Of a stretch of 64,000 nt of DNA, positions 27,464-40,911 are shown one piece after another. The position numbers and the translations under genes are program-made. The notes under the pieces are model-generated. The model was not told the origin of the DNA and made no database searches. It worked only from the letters and a program-made list of their open reading frames with translations. Source of the DNA: Eledone cirrhosa (Eukaryota). Location: NCBI GenBank assembly GCA_964016885.1, contig OZ024750.1:51522001-51586000 (forward strand), written 5' to 3'. Position 1 is the first letter of the stretch; each line of letters opens with the position of its first letter.

Positions 27464-29408
27464 CACCGTGTAACAAAAAAAAACTTTTCTCTGTTCCTGG
27501 CTTGTAATCACTTGTTTGTGTTGCTTAGGTCCAAAATAAATAAAACAGTTAAAAGTTTGGGTTTGTAAAAATTCTAAGCTATTCACTAGAATTATTTGTA
27601 TGCTGGATTTTACGTTGTATGTAAGTTTAATTTGCTTATGTTAAATGATTTTTTTATATATGTTTCAGGTTAAATTAAAATTATAAAATAAAGAATAATA
27701 TCTAAAGAAAATTATAAAAGTGAAATAAAGTATAAAATTGTTAAAAAGTAGATTAAAGAGATTTATTGATACTGGATTTTCGCACCCTGAATAGAGGGTA
27801 AGTTGTGTTTTAACACGAATTAGTGTTCTTTTATATTATTTAAATATGTATTTCCCTTTTCAATATTTATTTTGTATTGCATATCAAATTTATTTTCCAA
27901 GACAAGTATTCTGATGAAGAGGAGGTGATGGATGCTGAGGACTTGGATTACCTGCCTGAGGTACCAAAAAAAGGTCCTCACTTCCCAAACCAAAAAGAAG
28001 TCAATGACTTGGTCAGGGATATGGGTCTGACCAAGTCCAATGCAGAGCTATTCGTCTCCAGGATGAAGCAGTGGAACTTGGTCAAGGAGGAGGTGCAGGT
28101 GACAAGTCAGAGAAGTCGACGCGAACCTTTCTCAGGCTTTTTCACTCTTAGGGATGGCCTCTGCTTCTGCCGTGACGTGCCTGGACTGTTTGACGTTATT
28201 GGGGTGCCGTTTGTGCCCAAGGAGTGGCGGCTATTTATAGACAGCTCCACCACAAGTTTGAAGGCTGTCCTCCTCCACAATGGAGTTCCCGACACTGCCT
28301 CTAGCTCATTCAGCCTGCCCGAAGGAAGATTACTACAGTGTGAAGGTCCTCTTGGAAGCTCTGCAATACAACCAGTAAAATTGGGAAATCATTGGAGACT
28401 TCAAGATGGTGGCTTTCCTGCTTGGACTCCAAGGAGGCCTTATCAAATTCCAATGCTTCCTCTGCCTTTGGGACAGCAGAGCCACCTCTGACCACTACAA
28501 AAGAAAGAACTGGGAGCAGCGAACAGAATTTGTAGTTGGGACTCGGAACGTCATGTGGGAGCCACTGGTTGATCCCAGGATTGTGCTCATGCCCCCACTG
28601 CACATTAAGTTGGGGTTGATGAAGCAATTTGTGAAGGCTCTCAACCAAGAATCAGCCGCTTTTAAGTACCTTCTTGAGTTCTTCCCCAAGTTATCTGAGG
28701 CCAAAATCAAACGTGGAATTTTTGTTGGACCTCAGATAAAGAAGGTGTTTGAGTCTACCGAGTTCTCCAATAAGCTCAATAGGATTGAGAGAACTGTTTC
28801 AAGGCAGTTGTTAAGGGCTTCCTGGGCAACCACAGAGCTGAAAACTACCAGCAACTGGTGCAGGATCTGATAAAGGCTTTGGCGCCAAGGGATGCAGGAT
28901 GTCGCTTAAACTTCATATGCTAGACGCTCACCTGGAAACATTCAAGGACAATACGGGCGCCTACTCAGAAGAACAAGGCGAACGATTCCACCAAGATGTG
29001 AAAGAGATAGAGCAGAGGTACCAGGGCCACTACAATGAAAAAATGATGGGGGAATATATCTGGGGTCTAGTGCGGGAATGCGACCTCGACTACAACCGCA
29101 AATCCAGGAAATCCAGTCATTTCTGACGTGTATAAGTTGCTTTATAAGTGTTATTTGTTTTTACTTGTTTGCTTTTGATAATCTTGTGTAATAAAATAAA
29201 TATATACTTCGTTGATTTAATTATATGAACTGATAAATTTAAAAAAAATGTGTTTTTACTTGAAAAATATGAAAATTTCGAAATATCAAACTCCTGGCCA
29301 CAAACCCAAACTTCTGATTAAATAATAGTGTTTTTTTTATAATAATGGGATATAACAAACCATGAAATGACACTTAGAACCGGGGAACAAAAAATATGTT
29401 ACACGGTG
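27464..29408 (+). mobile_element. Chapaev3-like (CMC superfamily) DNA transposon with decayed transposase
   Basis: TIR CACCGTGTAACA / TGTTACACGGTG; transposase at about 27900-29126. Confidence 0.85.
27901..29126 (+). pseudogene. Chapaev3-like transposase, frameshifted
   Basis: NDLVRDMGLTKSNAEL, EWRLFIDSS..SLKAVLLHNG, CFLCLWDSRA, PPLHIKLGLMKQFVKAL, GIFVGPQI, MSLKLHMLDAH, SEEQGERFHQD. Confidence 0.88.
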
Positions 29409-29490
29409 AATCATTCCACACAAATACGATTTAACCAACATAAAGTGAAAACTCACTTATCTGTAAATATATAAATGTGTGTGTGTGTGT

Positions 29491-29523
<33 letters not shown>

Positions 29524-30024
29524 ATAACTTCTCTTGATTTGCAATTAGAATCACGTTAACATTGCAATACAGCATGCGCTTTTCCTTTCATTCTTCCGTC
29601 ATTTATAAAATAAAGTATCAATAAGCACTGGAGTCAATTTAATCCACTTCCCTTTCCCTTCAAATTGCTGGCCTTGTGCCACAAGTAGAAACAATTATTA
29701 CACCCAATACTTTATGCTTATGAAGGTTAGCGATAATATAATTGACAACTACATTGTTTGTATGTCTTCTTCATTGCTTTGGTGTTTACACTCAAAGATC
29801 TGATAAGCTAAGGTTAATATCTATACATAATTTGTAACTAGAAAGATCACACAGTTCTTCTACTTCAGATGCACATATGTCTGACATATTCCTCTTGCTA
29901 ACTTTCTATATCACAATTCTTCACTGGAAATTATATTGGTAGATGTCAAATCAAATTTAATCATTTATCTAATGTTTGAAATGTGGCTGAGATTTCCACT
30001 TTGACTATTACATATAACTAATAC

Positions 30025-30290
30025 CGTGTGGCATTGTAGTTAGGTGTCTCAAGACTAGAAGGTCGTCATTTCCATTTTCCCGACTGTGCAGAGTATTGTA
30101 TTCTTGAGCAAGACACTTTATTTCACATTGGTCCTGATCACTCGGTTGGAAAAATTGTGTTGCGACAACACTGGTCCCGAGTTGTATCTATCGGCCCTTT
30201 ACTTTCCATTAGACAATATCGGTTCCATAGAGAGCGGAGACTTGCATCTATGGGTTACTTCTAGTTTGTACGCCGGAGGGACAAACCTAT
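30025..30290 (+). mobile_element. Degenerate tRNA-derived CORE-type SINE (second family; further pieces near 30533, 42165 and 55380)
   Basis: A-box-like start and CORE-like TTCTTGAGCAAGACACTTTATTTCAC, repeated at 42222-42250. Confidence 0.55.
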
Positions 30291-31204
30291 GTCCAGTTAT
30301 TCATGATTACATAAGCTATTGTCAGGCACTGACCTTTTTCTTATTACATGCACTGATGTTAGAGTATCAAATAGTAAACTAATATATTTTATTAATACTA
30401 ATTGATTTCATTTTTACAAACTAAATTATCACCAGAACTGTTTTGACTTGAGAGCTACAGTAAATATAACTACATTTCTAGTTCAGTAGAAAATAAATTA
30501 ATAATAAAGTGTTACTTCAATTGTGTGAAGATGTGTAGCTTGCTGGTTAGGGCGGTCGTCTCACGGTCGTAAAGTTGTGAGTTCGATTCCCGAAGACGCG
30601 TTGTGTCTCTTTTGGAGGGTTCTGGGGCGGGTGAGAAGCAGAAATGTGTCCTCAAACTGGAGAGCCGACTCAGATTCTTGCAACAGATTGGGCTTCCTTA
30701 GACCTAGGTCATGGTGTTGAATTGGGTGACAAATTAGAGAGAGTCAACACACGAGTAGACCATATCAAAATTTGAACTCAGAACACAAATAACCATATTA
30801 AATACTGCTATTTCAGTCGATACTCTACCAATTCCGACAATCCACTACCACCTTTGAAGTCGTTATTTTATTGTCCCCGAAAGAATGTGAAGCAAAGCTA
30901 AACTCGGTTGTGCTGGAACTCAGAACAGAACCGGAACAAATGCAACATAGCGTTTTGTCGTAGATTCTAATGGCTGCCATGTTGCTATTGATTATTTCAT
31001 ATAAGATATATTGATTTGTGACTTGGCTGGACAGAATCACACGCCAGCATCTTTATACGCCTTGTAGACGTGAGAAATGTAAAATCGATCAATTTCGATA
31101 TTTCTGATACTTATTTTATCGAGCTGAGTCCAAAGGTAATGAAATTTTCGCGTGATTGCAACTTCCAAAAACAACAAACCGAAGTACTGGAAATATATAT
31201 ATTA

Positions 31205-31650
31205 CTATCTCTCTCCTCCTCTCTCTCTCTACATTTCTACCTCTCTCTCTCCTTCTCTCTCTCTCTCTCTCCTTCTCTCTCTCCTTCTCCCTCTCTCTCT
31301 CTCTCTTTCTCTGTCTCTCTCTCTCACTCTTTCTCTCTCATTTCACTCTAAATACTGCTTCCTCCTTTTCTTTCTTTTCTGCCCCCCCCCCTCTTATTCT
31401 CTACTAATTGGCTTTTTCAACCCTTCACTCTCAACTTTCTCTTTCTTTCTTCCTCTCTCTCTCTCTATCTCTCTTCTTCTCTCTCTACATATCTCTCCTT
31501 TTCTTTTTTCTTTCCTCTTTTATCTATCCCTCCCTCATTCCTTCTTTTTCTCTTCCTACATATTTCTCCCTTTCTTTCATTCTCTCTCTATCCTTCTATC
31601 CATCCTTATTTTTCTCTCTCTACATACCTCTCTCTTCCTTTCTCTCCTGC
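31205..31650. repeat. (CT)n-rich polypyrimidine tract
   Basis: Visible low complexity. Confidence 0.9.
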
Positions 31651-31822
31651 ATAACTCTCCAAACAGCACCAACAGCTGCTATATATTTCAACTGTAGAAA
31701 TGCTTGTAAACTGTTGACTTTACGTTGAAGAGAATCAAAACTAAATCCATGAAGCCTTTAGCTCAACTTCCAATTGTTATTGCTAAACCATTGCTTTTAC
31801 TTCTTCCTATAAGTAAAGAAAG

Positions 31823-31975
31823 ACGGCGAAATGGTAGTCATCAGAATGTCGGATGTAATACTTTATGGTATTCTGTTCTCTGAGTTCAAATCCCACCGAG
31901 GTCAACTTTGCCTTTCATCCCTTTGAGGTCGATAAAAAGAAGTACCAGTCCAGTACTGGGGTGGATTCTTCCTCT
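31823..31975 (+). mobile_element. tRNA-derived SINE, dominant family
   Basis: B-box GAGTTCAAATCCC plus core. Confidence 0.75.
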
Positions 31976-32538
31976 CTCTCTGGAAGAAATCTGCTGCGCT
32001 CAGACCTGGAGGGGGATGGCCTCCGCTAAGCTTAAACTACCCCCCCCCCCCCCAAAAAAAATGCCGTATGTCAATATGGCGTCCCTACGACTCTATCATG
32101 AGTTACGGGACCATACATAAATACACAAGTAAAGAAAACGAAGAAGAAATGAGCCAATCTTTAGATCGGACCGAAGAAACAATGTTTCCATTGCACATGA
32201 TCAAAGGTCGAAATTCTTAATTTTTCAAATATTTGATGATTATAACTATTTTGAATACTATTATTTGCCCGAAATAATTGGACAAAATAAAATATTTTAC
32301 TCCAGATAGATGACTCTTTTATACTGAATAGGAGTATTTTAGAAATTTCTATTTTTGTGGGGCCTATAATACTTTTTATGTTTCTTTTATTTTTATATAC
32401 AATTTAAACAATATTTTTTTATTGAAACTCTTTCACTGTGACCTAAGAACGCGTGTGTTTTTTCTCAGCTTTTCCGCATTTTTTTTCCGATCCTTCCTCT
32501 TCTCACTCTTTCTATTTCATCTTTTATTTTTCATTCTA

Positions 32539-32574
32539 TCTTCTGATGAAGGACTAGTGTACGAAATGTTAAGA
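32539..32574 (+). ncRNA. Minimal type I hammerhead, diverged copy of the 19857 family
   Basis: TCTT-CTGATGA-AGGACTAGTGTAC-GAAA-TG-TT-AAGA with shared downstream TATTTCAAGCGTTAA. Confidence 0.65.
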
Positions 32575-32740
32575 CACTTTTCCAATTATTTCAAGCGTTA
32601 AGTTAATATACTTCTATGTACTTTGTCATTTACTTTATTTCTGATTTCTTTTAGCACACAGACACACAACTCTGTCATAGCAGTAATGTCTCTCTCACAT
32701 TCACAGATGTAGAACGAACTTCGCTCTCTCCATAATTCAT

Positions 32741-32829
32741 TGTCTGCTGATGAAGCCAACGCAGTTTGCGGCAAGTTGCAAAATGCACTTATCGCAACTT
32801 AAGCAATGGTAGAAACCCGGGTCTGGACA
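32741..32829 (+). ncRNA. Type I hammerhead with long stem II insert and palindromic stem III
   Basis: TGTCTG/TGGACA (2 wobbles), CTGATGA, GCCA/TGGT enclosing AAGTTGC/GCAACTT hairpin, GAAA, CCCGGG, TC. Confidence 0.7.
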
Positions 32830-33881
32830 TTACAGATGCACACGCCACATGGCAAATATACACTTTGTTAACACTCTGAGACAGGCTTTGATCAATAAAA
32901 GTTCATACCATACCTCATTCAGTGAGTAATGGGAGCAAACGGGAATATATATATAATAGACATCATACACCAGGCCTGTCTTCCTCCATTCTCCCTTCTT
33001 AACTTGTCTACGCCTCTGTGTCATTCTTCTTTGTCTGTTTTGGTCTACAGTCCAATTTGTTCTCTTCTGCTTCACTATTTCTTTCCTTACTATATTTTTC
33101 TCCTTTGGTTAAGGCCCCTACACCGTTCTCTCTCTTTTTTGTCAGCTGGCGCACTTTGGATAATTTTTCTTCTTATATATTCCTGGATTTTCAACCTAAA
33201 TTTCAATTTCAATTTGAGTTCAAATACCCAGTCGATTCTTCCCAGAACAAGGCAAATGAATTACTTCCCTTTTCCCAGCCCCGTTTCAACAACACAGAAT
33301 TACAACTAACTCCATTATGGCGATAGACACATGGAGTAGAACTGCTGCATTCCAGAAAGGAGTATACGTAGAAAATATATTTTATTTTCGTGTTGTTTTC
33401 CTGGAAAAAGCCCACTAAAGATCCAAGGCCTGATCCAGGTGTTAAACTGACTGTTGAAATATATACGTTCTTTTTTACGTAATTATTACTAACAGTCTGG
33501 ATTTTGGTGAAACTGCTTCTGGTTTGGATAATTATTGAATTTTTCTTTTCTCTCTTTAGCGACTCTCACAATTGTCAATTAATGTTAGCTGTATTAATTT
33601 CTGTCGATGACCATAATTAATTTGCGCCATATATCAATATCTTTGATGCCAATATTGGATGATTTGATGATCGTTAAGCCACTGATCATATTGAACTATT
33701 GTTGATTGCTATGATGAATTTGTTCATATTTTGCCACTTCACTACCGAATTCCATAGAGATATAATTTGCATCTGTTTAACTCTGAGTAGTATTGAGTAG
33801 GACAGTGACTGGCACCAGGCTGCACTTAAATATATTGCGTGAAGCACCTCGTGGTATTGTGATTTCGTCAACTTATTTATA

Positions 33882-34322
33882 TACTAGCCGAATTACCCGT
33901 GCCTTGCTGCGTTTCACACAGGTTTTTGTTTTGTTTTTTGTTCTAAGAAAATGATGATTGATTTTAAATCAGTGATATAATTTATGGAGAAAAAATAAAG
34001 GGAAAATGTTAAAAAAGTAGAGGCATTAACTAATAATTTTTGTTGTCATAATTCTTGTGATGTTTTGCCATAGATAAATGTCTAAATTAGCCAAATTTTA
34101 CTATAAAAGAGAGGTGCTTTTTCGTTGATTTATGTTTAATTAATAGAAAAACCCCGTGATAAAAGAGGTTCCAATACTCAAGTTATGAGCTTCCAAAATG
34201 TTCCCTATAGGGGGTTTAACCCCATTTAGGGTGTCTTAATATTATTGAAATTTGCTGAAATTTTGTGAATATGCATCATATCCTGTCATTTACCTATAGT
34301 TTAAATTTCATATAAATCGAAG
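33882..34322 (+). mobile_element. Possible non-autonomous Helitron/Helentron-like fragment
   Basis: Starts TACTAGCCGAATTACCCGTGCCTTGCTGCG and contains AAATTTCATATAAATCG, resembling such elements; 3' hairpin not seen. Confidence 0.3.
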
Positions 34323-34329
34323 GGAAAAC

Positions 34330-35110
34330 GTTTTCTCGGCATGGCGAAGCAGTTTCTCAACAGGAAGAGTGCTGGGTGGGTGTCAATCATGCCCAGTCGG
34401 CTCGTGAGGGTCTTGAGTTGCTGGAGCCTGGACATGATTGTGGAGCGGATGGCCGGCGGGTGGATCGATGACACGAGGATGAGAACATCCTCTTTGGGGG
34501 TCACCTGTACCTGGTGGAGAATGGATCGCACATCCGAGACGGAGGCTGAAAAGCTCTCAGCATTGTGGCTGACATTCACCACCTCCGACTTGGACGAGTT
34601 GACCTGGAGACCGATTCCCGCCAGAGCAGGAACCACCAATTGCAGGTCGTGGCATATAGTCTCTATGGGCCTGCCCAACATAGCATCATGCAGGTACCAA
34701 ACGTTGAGAGGCACCGTGATACTCCGGACAATGTAGTCTATACCAAGATCAAGCAGGAGGGGGCCCAAAGAGTCACCCTGTTGGACCCCAGTGCCTGAAG
34801 GTATGACCGTATCCCTAGCAAGGAGCATGCTCAGGATTCCATATCACAGGGAGGCCAGCGGGTAGGCAGAAGGGGCGCGGCTGAGGCAGACATAAGCAGT
34901 TAAAGGCATTGCTCATGTCAAGTTTGACAATGAGGTGCCTGGAGTCCCTGGATGCCAGTTCCAGTGGGCAGCTATTGAAGAACTGCCTGGTTCCATGTGC
35001 GGCCCCTTCACAGCCACCGGACGCGCCGGACACGCAGTTGCACCGGACTGAAGTCCTTACCCAGTTCAGGTGTGATGGACCTGTAGACCACCTTAGCAAC
35101 CAGCCTCCTC
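34330..35110 (-). pseudogene. Reverse transcriptase fragment of a CRE-clade-like non-LTR retrotransposon
   Basis: GASGGCEGAAHGTR, KLDMSNAFN, GVQQGDSLGPLL, VWYLHD (decayed YLDD), GLQVNSSKSE, ALFLLRNCF; GC-rich island. Confidence 0.78.
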
Positions 35111-35128
35111 CATCGATCCCAGTCATAC

Positions 35129-35320
35129 AATAATTGTTTCTACTTTTGGAACAAGGCCAGCAATTACCCAGTGCATTACTGGTACTTTATTTTATCGACC
35201 CCTTTAAGGATGAAAGGCAAAGTCAACCTCAGCGGGATTTGAACTCAGATCGTAAAGGGAAGTAACTATGCTGGAAAGCATGGCGTCCGACCCTCTACCG
35301 ATACTGCCAATCCACCGCCC
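35129..35320 (-). mobile_element. Full-length young SINE with target-site duplication TCATACAATAAT, followed by two older copies (to about 35680)
   Basis: A-box TGGCAGTATCGG, B-box GAGTTCAAATCC, core; TSD at 35123 and 35323. Confidence 0.87.
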
Positions 35321-36354
35321 TTTCATACAATAATGGTTTCCACTTTAGGTACAAGACCAGAAATTTGCAGGAAATGGTATACGTCGATCACTTCGATCCC
35401 AGTATGTGACTGGTATTTTATTTTATCAACCCCGTAAGGATGAAAGACAAAGCTTAACCTCGGCGGAATTTGAACTCTGTGCCACAAAGCACGTGGTCAG
35501 ATGTTCTACCAATATAACCAATCCACCGCCCTGTAATATAATATAATAACGGTTTCTAATGTTGGCACAAGGCCAGCAATTTAGGAAGGAAGGGAAAGCC
35601 TATTACATCAACCCCAGTTATTTTATCTATATCGGCAGAATAAAAGGCTAAGTCTACCTTAGCTAGGTTTGAACTCATCTGATATAAGAATAATATAGAA
35701 AAAGCCAAAGTATTGGACCTCCATCGGTTGCGACGATGAGTTTGATAGACGTAATAGCCTGCTTAGAATTGAACTTTCAAATGGCTGAGAGTTCCCAAGG
35801 AACGTGTACCCTTAATATCGTTCTCAGGGTGATTCGGCGTGATAGTATAACAAGGTTGACTCCTTTCAATTACGAATACAAATAATTATTTTTCCAGCTG
35901 TATGAATTGGAGCAGAGTGAAATAAAATGTATTTCTCTAAGTCGCAACACGGGAATCGAACTCACCATCAAGCCGAACACCCTAACTCCTAAGCCACGCA
36001 CCTTCGCAAAAAACTACATATTTATTGATTCTTATGAATTATATCTATCAAAGAAAAGTTTTTTTTAAAAAGTCTTGATAATGTTGCAGATATGAGGCTT
36101 CCGTTTTTGACCGATACAGACCGGGTTATTTATACCTTAGAAGTGTATTTAAGGAGAATATTATATTTCAGAGAGAAGTATTATTAGACAGTTCGATGAG
36201 AAACTATATATATCGGGTAAAATTAAGATTTTCTTTGCCTTTGTTTGGCTTCAAAAATAAATATTATTTGTCTGTATTTTCTGCTCTTTTACGTCCTGAA
36301 TTCTAATCCCACGGAGCTCGACTTTGCCAGACCTTCATCCTTTTCCAATTATTC

Positions 36355-36640
36355 CTGAGAGAGTCGTGGGGTAGAGTCCTCAAACACTCCTTTCAGTGGG
36401 TCCTGTCAGAAGCAAACGACTCCAATTGATCCGAGTGAATCCCCAAGCGAGACCAGCCAAGCTCATGGATGCTATTCAACCACTTTGCTCGGGGTCTACC
36501 CCTAGGTCTCCTGTCGGGTAGTTTTTGCCTGTAAAATCCGTCCAGCGATTCTTTGCTGGGATATTCTGACCACATAACCGCAATATCGGAGCTGTGATCT
36601 CTCAATTCGGAGAAGTAGCGGCTCTACATAGAGTAACTCT
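36355..36640 (-). mobile_element. 3' fragment of an RTE-like LINE nested inside a SINE
   Basis: RRPRGRPRAKWLNSI C-terminal motif; SINE halves at about 36285-36345 and 36648-36750. Confidence 0.65.
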
Positions 36641-37167
36641 CAGATCTCCGAGGTCGATAAAATAAAATACCAGTCAACTACTGGGGTTGATGTAATCGAT
36701 GTCTCCTTCCACCAAACTGCTCGCCTTATATCTAAATTAGAAACCATTATTTTGTTCTGTAACATTCTGCTCTGAGTTCAGACCCTACAACTTCAACTTT
36801 ACCTATCTTTTACCCTGCCTCGGGTCGATAAAATAGGGTACCATCCAAGAACTGAATGTGAAGACACGCGGCCTAAGGGCAATGTTGTTGGGCTTACAAG
36901 ACACGGTTCAAATACCACCGTGGCCAGCCTTGATTTTCATCCTCTTCTTTAACAATAAAATGAAGTCCCACTCAATTAATTATGCTTATTGCTGGCCTCT
37001 TGCCTAAATAAGTTCAAATCTCGCCAAGGTTTGCCTTTCATGCTTACGGGGCCGAGAAAGCGAGAAATTAAAATACCAGTCAAGTACTGGGATCGATATA
37101 ATCGACTCTACTCTACTCTCTCTCTCTCTCCAATAGCTGGCATTGTGCTTAAATTACAAAACATTAC

Positions 37168-37360
37168 ATAATTGTTTCTACTGTTGGCACAAGGCCAGCA
37201 ATTTTCCCAGTGCATTACTGGTACTTTATTTTATCGACCCCGTAAGAATGAAAGGCAAAGTTTACCTCGGCGGGATTTGAACTCAGATCGTAAAGGGGCG
37301 CAATTCTATGCTGCAAAGCATGGCGTCCGACCCTCTACCGATACTGCCAATCCACCGCCC
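37168..37360 (-). mobile_element. Full-length young SINE within a SINE cluster (about 36650-37570)
   Basis: Near-identical to 35129-35320. Confidence 0.87.
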
Positions 37361-38279
37361 TTTATATAATGGTTTAGCCTAAGATGAGGGATTGGTGGAG
37401 TGGGTGGAGCGTCGAAGGATTCTTAACAGTATTTGTTACGTTTTGGGTTCAAATCCTACCTAGATTATCTTTGCTTTCATCCTTTCAAGGTCGATACATT
37501 TAAGTGTCATTTAAGTACGTGACCTCACACGAAAATTGCTGGCCTTTTACAAAATTAGAAACGATTATATAATGGTTTAGTTATAATAGAACGGCCACAT
37601 CTACCACTTTCTTCAGTAAAAGTTCATCATTAAAAATAAAAGACTAAACTAACCCATTATAAAGAGAAGAGAATTCTTTAAAGATCTGCCATCATTTAAT
37701 GTATGTAGCACAAATCTTTCAGAGACACTAGCCTCTACAGTATATAAACAATCTCGTCCAGTCGAAAATACTATATCGACTAAAAGAAGACAGATTTAGC
37801 TCAGCTCTCTCCATAATCTAACACGTCTCCTCTAAATATAATTATGTAGTAAACAAAACGTCCTGTGTTTTTCTCTTTGCTAAATTCCCAAGACATCACA
37901 CCATAGTATGTGTAGTTTTGAAAATGTTTCCACCCATTAAATCATCAGAAACATATTATTTCTTTCATTTGTTTAGTTTGCTATTTGCAATATCGTTCTA
38001 TTATTATTAGTCATATTTGATGCCTAGATGCTGGCATTTCTTTCTCGGTTGACACCTAAATGTCTGGCTTTTACAGATCGAGATTTGTCTCTGACAAGAA
38101 GTACTATAACTCTTCTGACAGCGAAATTTGGCAAAAGGTTAGATTGCCAACAAACGTACAAGTGATCGTATTGACAGCAGAGTTTCCAGTTTCAGATTTT
38201 ATAGAACAGGAAAAATCTTGAATAGACATTTATATTTTAAAGTTGAACATATGTAAACTGATAATATGAACCGACCATC

Positions 38280-38686
38280 ACACATACACACACATACACA
38301 TACACATACATACATACACACACATACATACACACACATACATACATATACACACACACATACATACACACACATACACACACACATACATACACACACA
38401 CACATACATACACACACATACACACACAGACACATACATACACACACATACACATACATACACACACAAACACACACAGACATACATACAAACACACACA
38501 CATACACATACACACATACACACACACACACACATGCATACACACACACACACATACGAACACATACATACCCACACACAGACACATACATTACACACAC
38601 ATACATACACACACACATACGTACACTCTCACACACACACAGACACATACATACATACACACTCACACATACATACACACACATAG

Positions 38687-38742
<56 letters not shown>

Positions 38743-38763
38743 GAGTATGTGTGCGTGTTAAAG

Positions 38764-38828
<65 letters not shown>

Positions 38829-39222
38829 GAGAGTGAGATAAATTGTGTGTGTGTTTGTAGGGTTGTGTGTGGGCGTGGGGGTGAATGTGGGTGTTGATGA
38901 GGGGCTCTGCTCATGTGTGTGCGTGCGTTTGTGTGTGTATGCATGTGTGTGTGTGTGCGTTTATGTGTGTGTGTGCGTTTGTGTGTGTGTGTGTGCGTTT
39001 GTGCGTTTGTGTGTGTGTGTGCGTTTGTGTGTGTATGTGTGTGTGCGTTTGTGTGTGTGTGTGTGCGTCTGTGTGTGTGTGTGCGCGCGCATTTTTGTGT
39101 ATGTGTGTGTGTGTGCGCGCGTTTGTGTGTATGTGTGTGTGCGCGTGTTTGTGTGTGCGTGTGCGCGCATTTTTGTGTATGTGTGTGCGTGTGCGCGCTT
39201 TTGTGTGTATGTGTGTGTGTGT
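38280..39222. repeat. (CA)n-rich then (GT)n-rich compound microsatellites
   Basis: Visible. Confidence 0.92.
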
Positions 39223-39573
39223 TGCTATTTCCGGTTGCAAAACGTTTCAGAACACTAATAAATGAAGTCCTCGATACATTTCAAGCTACAGAGCAAATAC
39301 TGGTATTATGGGGACAGCCCTCCTAACACACAGACGCCTATACAAACATACATACATATGTGATATATATGTATATAGACACACAAACAAACACACACAT
39401 ATATAATAGCTATGTATATTGAAAAGCTGACGGGTAGCTCCATCTATCGGATTCCAGCAGAAGTAGCGGGGAGACAACTACCAATACATTTTTGGCTGTC
39501 ATCATAGGTGAAAAAAACTATACATTTTCGCCTGTTTCAAATCCCAGCAGAGATCAGGGGAAGCACTGTCCTG

Positions 39574-39615
<42 letters not shown>

Positions 39616-39636
39616 ATATATACATATATATATATG

Positions 39637-39721
<85 letters not shown>

Positions 39722-39874
39722 TTAGTATATCTAATGATATACGGTATGTTTACGAATAAATATTTGTAAGCCTTGTAGCTATGAATATTGGAAAGCAGCC
39801 GGCTAGCTAGCGCTCCCTAGCGGATTCCAGCAGAAGTATATATATATATATATATATATATAGGAACGAGTAGG

Positions 39875-39970
39875 ACCCCGACGGCTGAGCTCAAGCCGTT
39901 TCGACGGCTAATTCTGGACTAAATGAAAATGTTTATCCTGGTATTTGAATAGCCGAGCTTCTCAAGGGGT
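39875..39970 (-). ncRNA. Type I hammerhead with U3-A8 variant core, intact
   Basis: Minus strand: ACCCC-TTGAGAA-G..CGGCTA..TAGCCG.C-GAAA-CGGCT tgagctc AGCCG-TC-GGGGT. Confidence 0.8.
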
Positions 39971-40662
39971 AATTCCATATATGGAATATCAAATTTTCAT
40001 TTACTTCGTACGAGCTTTTATGTAGTTTGCACTAGAACTTTTGTATCGTGGCGGCACCCTTAGAGATAGTATTAGTATTCTTTTTCGGGACTCTGAATTA
40101 TTATTTCGTATTAGTTTACTTGTTTGCACTGGGTGGTTGCTGGCCTTGTGCCTGGGGTAGAAACCCTTATTTATTATTTCGTGGTAGTTTCTTTAGTATT
40201 TTGGCCCCTCACTTGTTGACCCGTCACCGTAAGATATACTCGTTTTTTTACTTATACCTCTTAAAAGGGTCGCATTATAATTCCGTCCCACCTATATATA
40301 TATATTTTTAGTCCAGCAGTACCAGTGAGAGACTTAGGTTGTAATAACCAGAAATTGTTTTTGTTTTTTTACATTTAATTGCTTTTTAACACTCTCAGTA
40401 TTTTTATATATATTTACCCCTTATTGTTCTACTTATTGTTCCGACTTCCTCCCCTCCCCTAGTATCTTCTTTGACCTCATGCCCAGCTGTAGTCGGCACT
40501 ATCAACGCATGAATGGGTCTCCTCCACCCCCTCTCCCTCTTTCTCCTACTGGCAGGTTTAGCTACCCCTTCCCTCCACAAATTGCCAACATAGAATTATT
40601 ATGTCTCAACAATGAACTTTTGACCAATCCTTGTGACAATCACTTTGACCATATATGGAATT

Positions 40663-40758
40663 ACTCCTTGAGAAGCTCGGCTATTCAAATACCAGGATAA
40701 AAATGTTCATTTAGTCCAGAATTAGCCGTCGAAACGGCTTGAGCTCAGCCGTCGGGGT
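40663..40758 (+). ncRNA. Type I hammerhead with U3-A8 variant core, intact
   Basis: ACTCC/GGGGT stem I, TTGAGAA 40668-40674, GAAA 40731-40734, GTC site 40751-40753. Confidence 0.8.
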
Positions 40759-40849
40759 CCTACTCGTTCCTATTACCCACTCTACTACCCTAAGTATTGA
40801 GTACTTTGGTGCGTTATGGTCCAACTGGTTCCTTACCACATTTCCTCCG

Positions 40850-40908
<59 letters not shown>

Positions 40909-40911
<3 letters not shown>

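Larger units (their letters stand above)
39861..40852. mobile_element. Fold-back Penelope-like element: inverted copy (39861-39984), spacer, direct copy (40649-40772) plus tail, in (TA)n
   Basis: About 124-bp inverted arms, each carrying a U3-A8 hammerhead. Confidence 0.8.

Noticed and set aside
30533-30605. tRNA gene
   Set aside because: A and B boxes are present but there is no acceptor stem or cloverleaf; better explained as a SINE head
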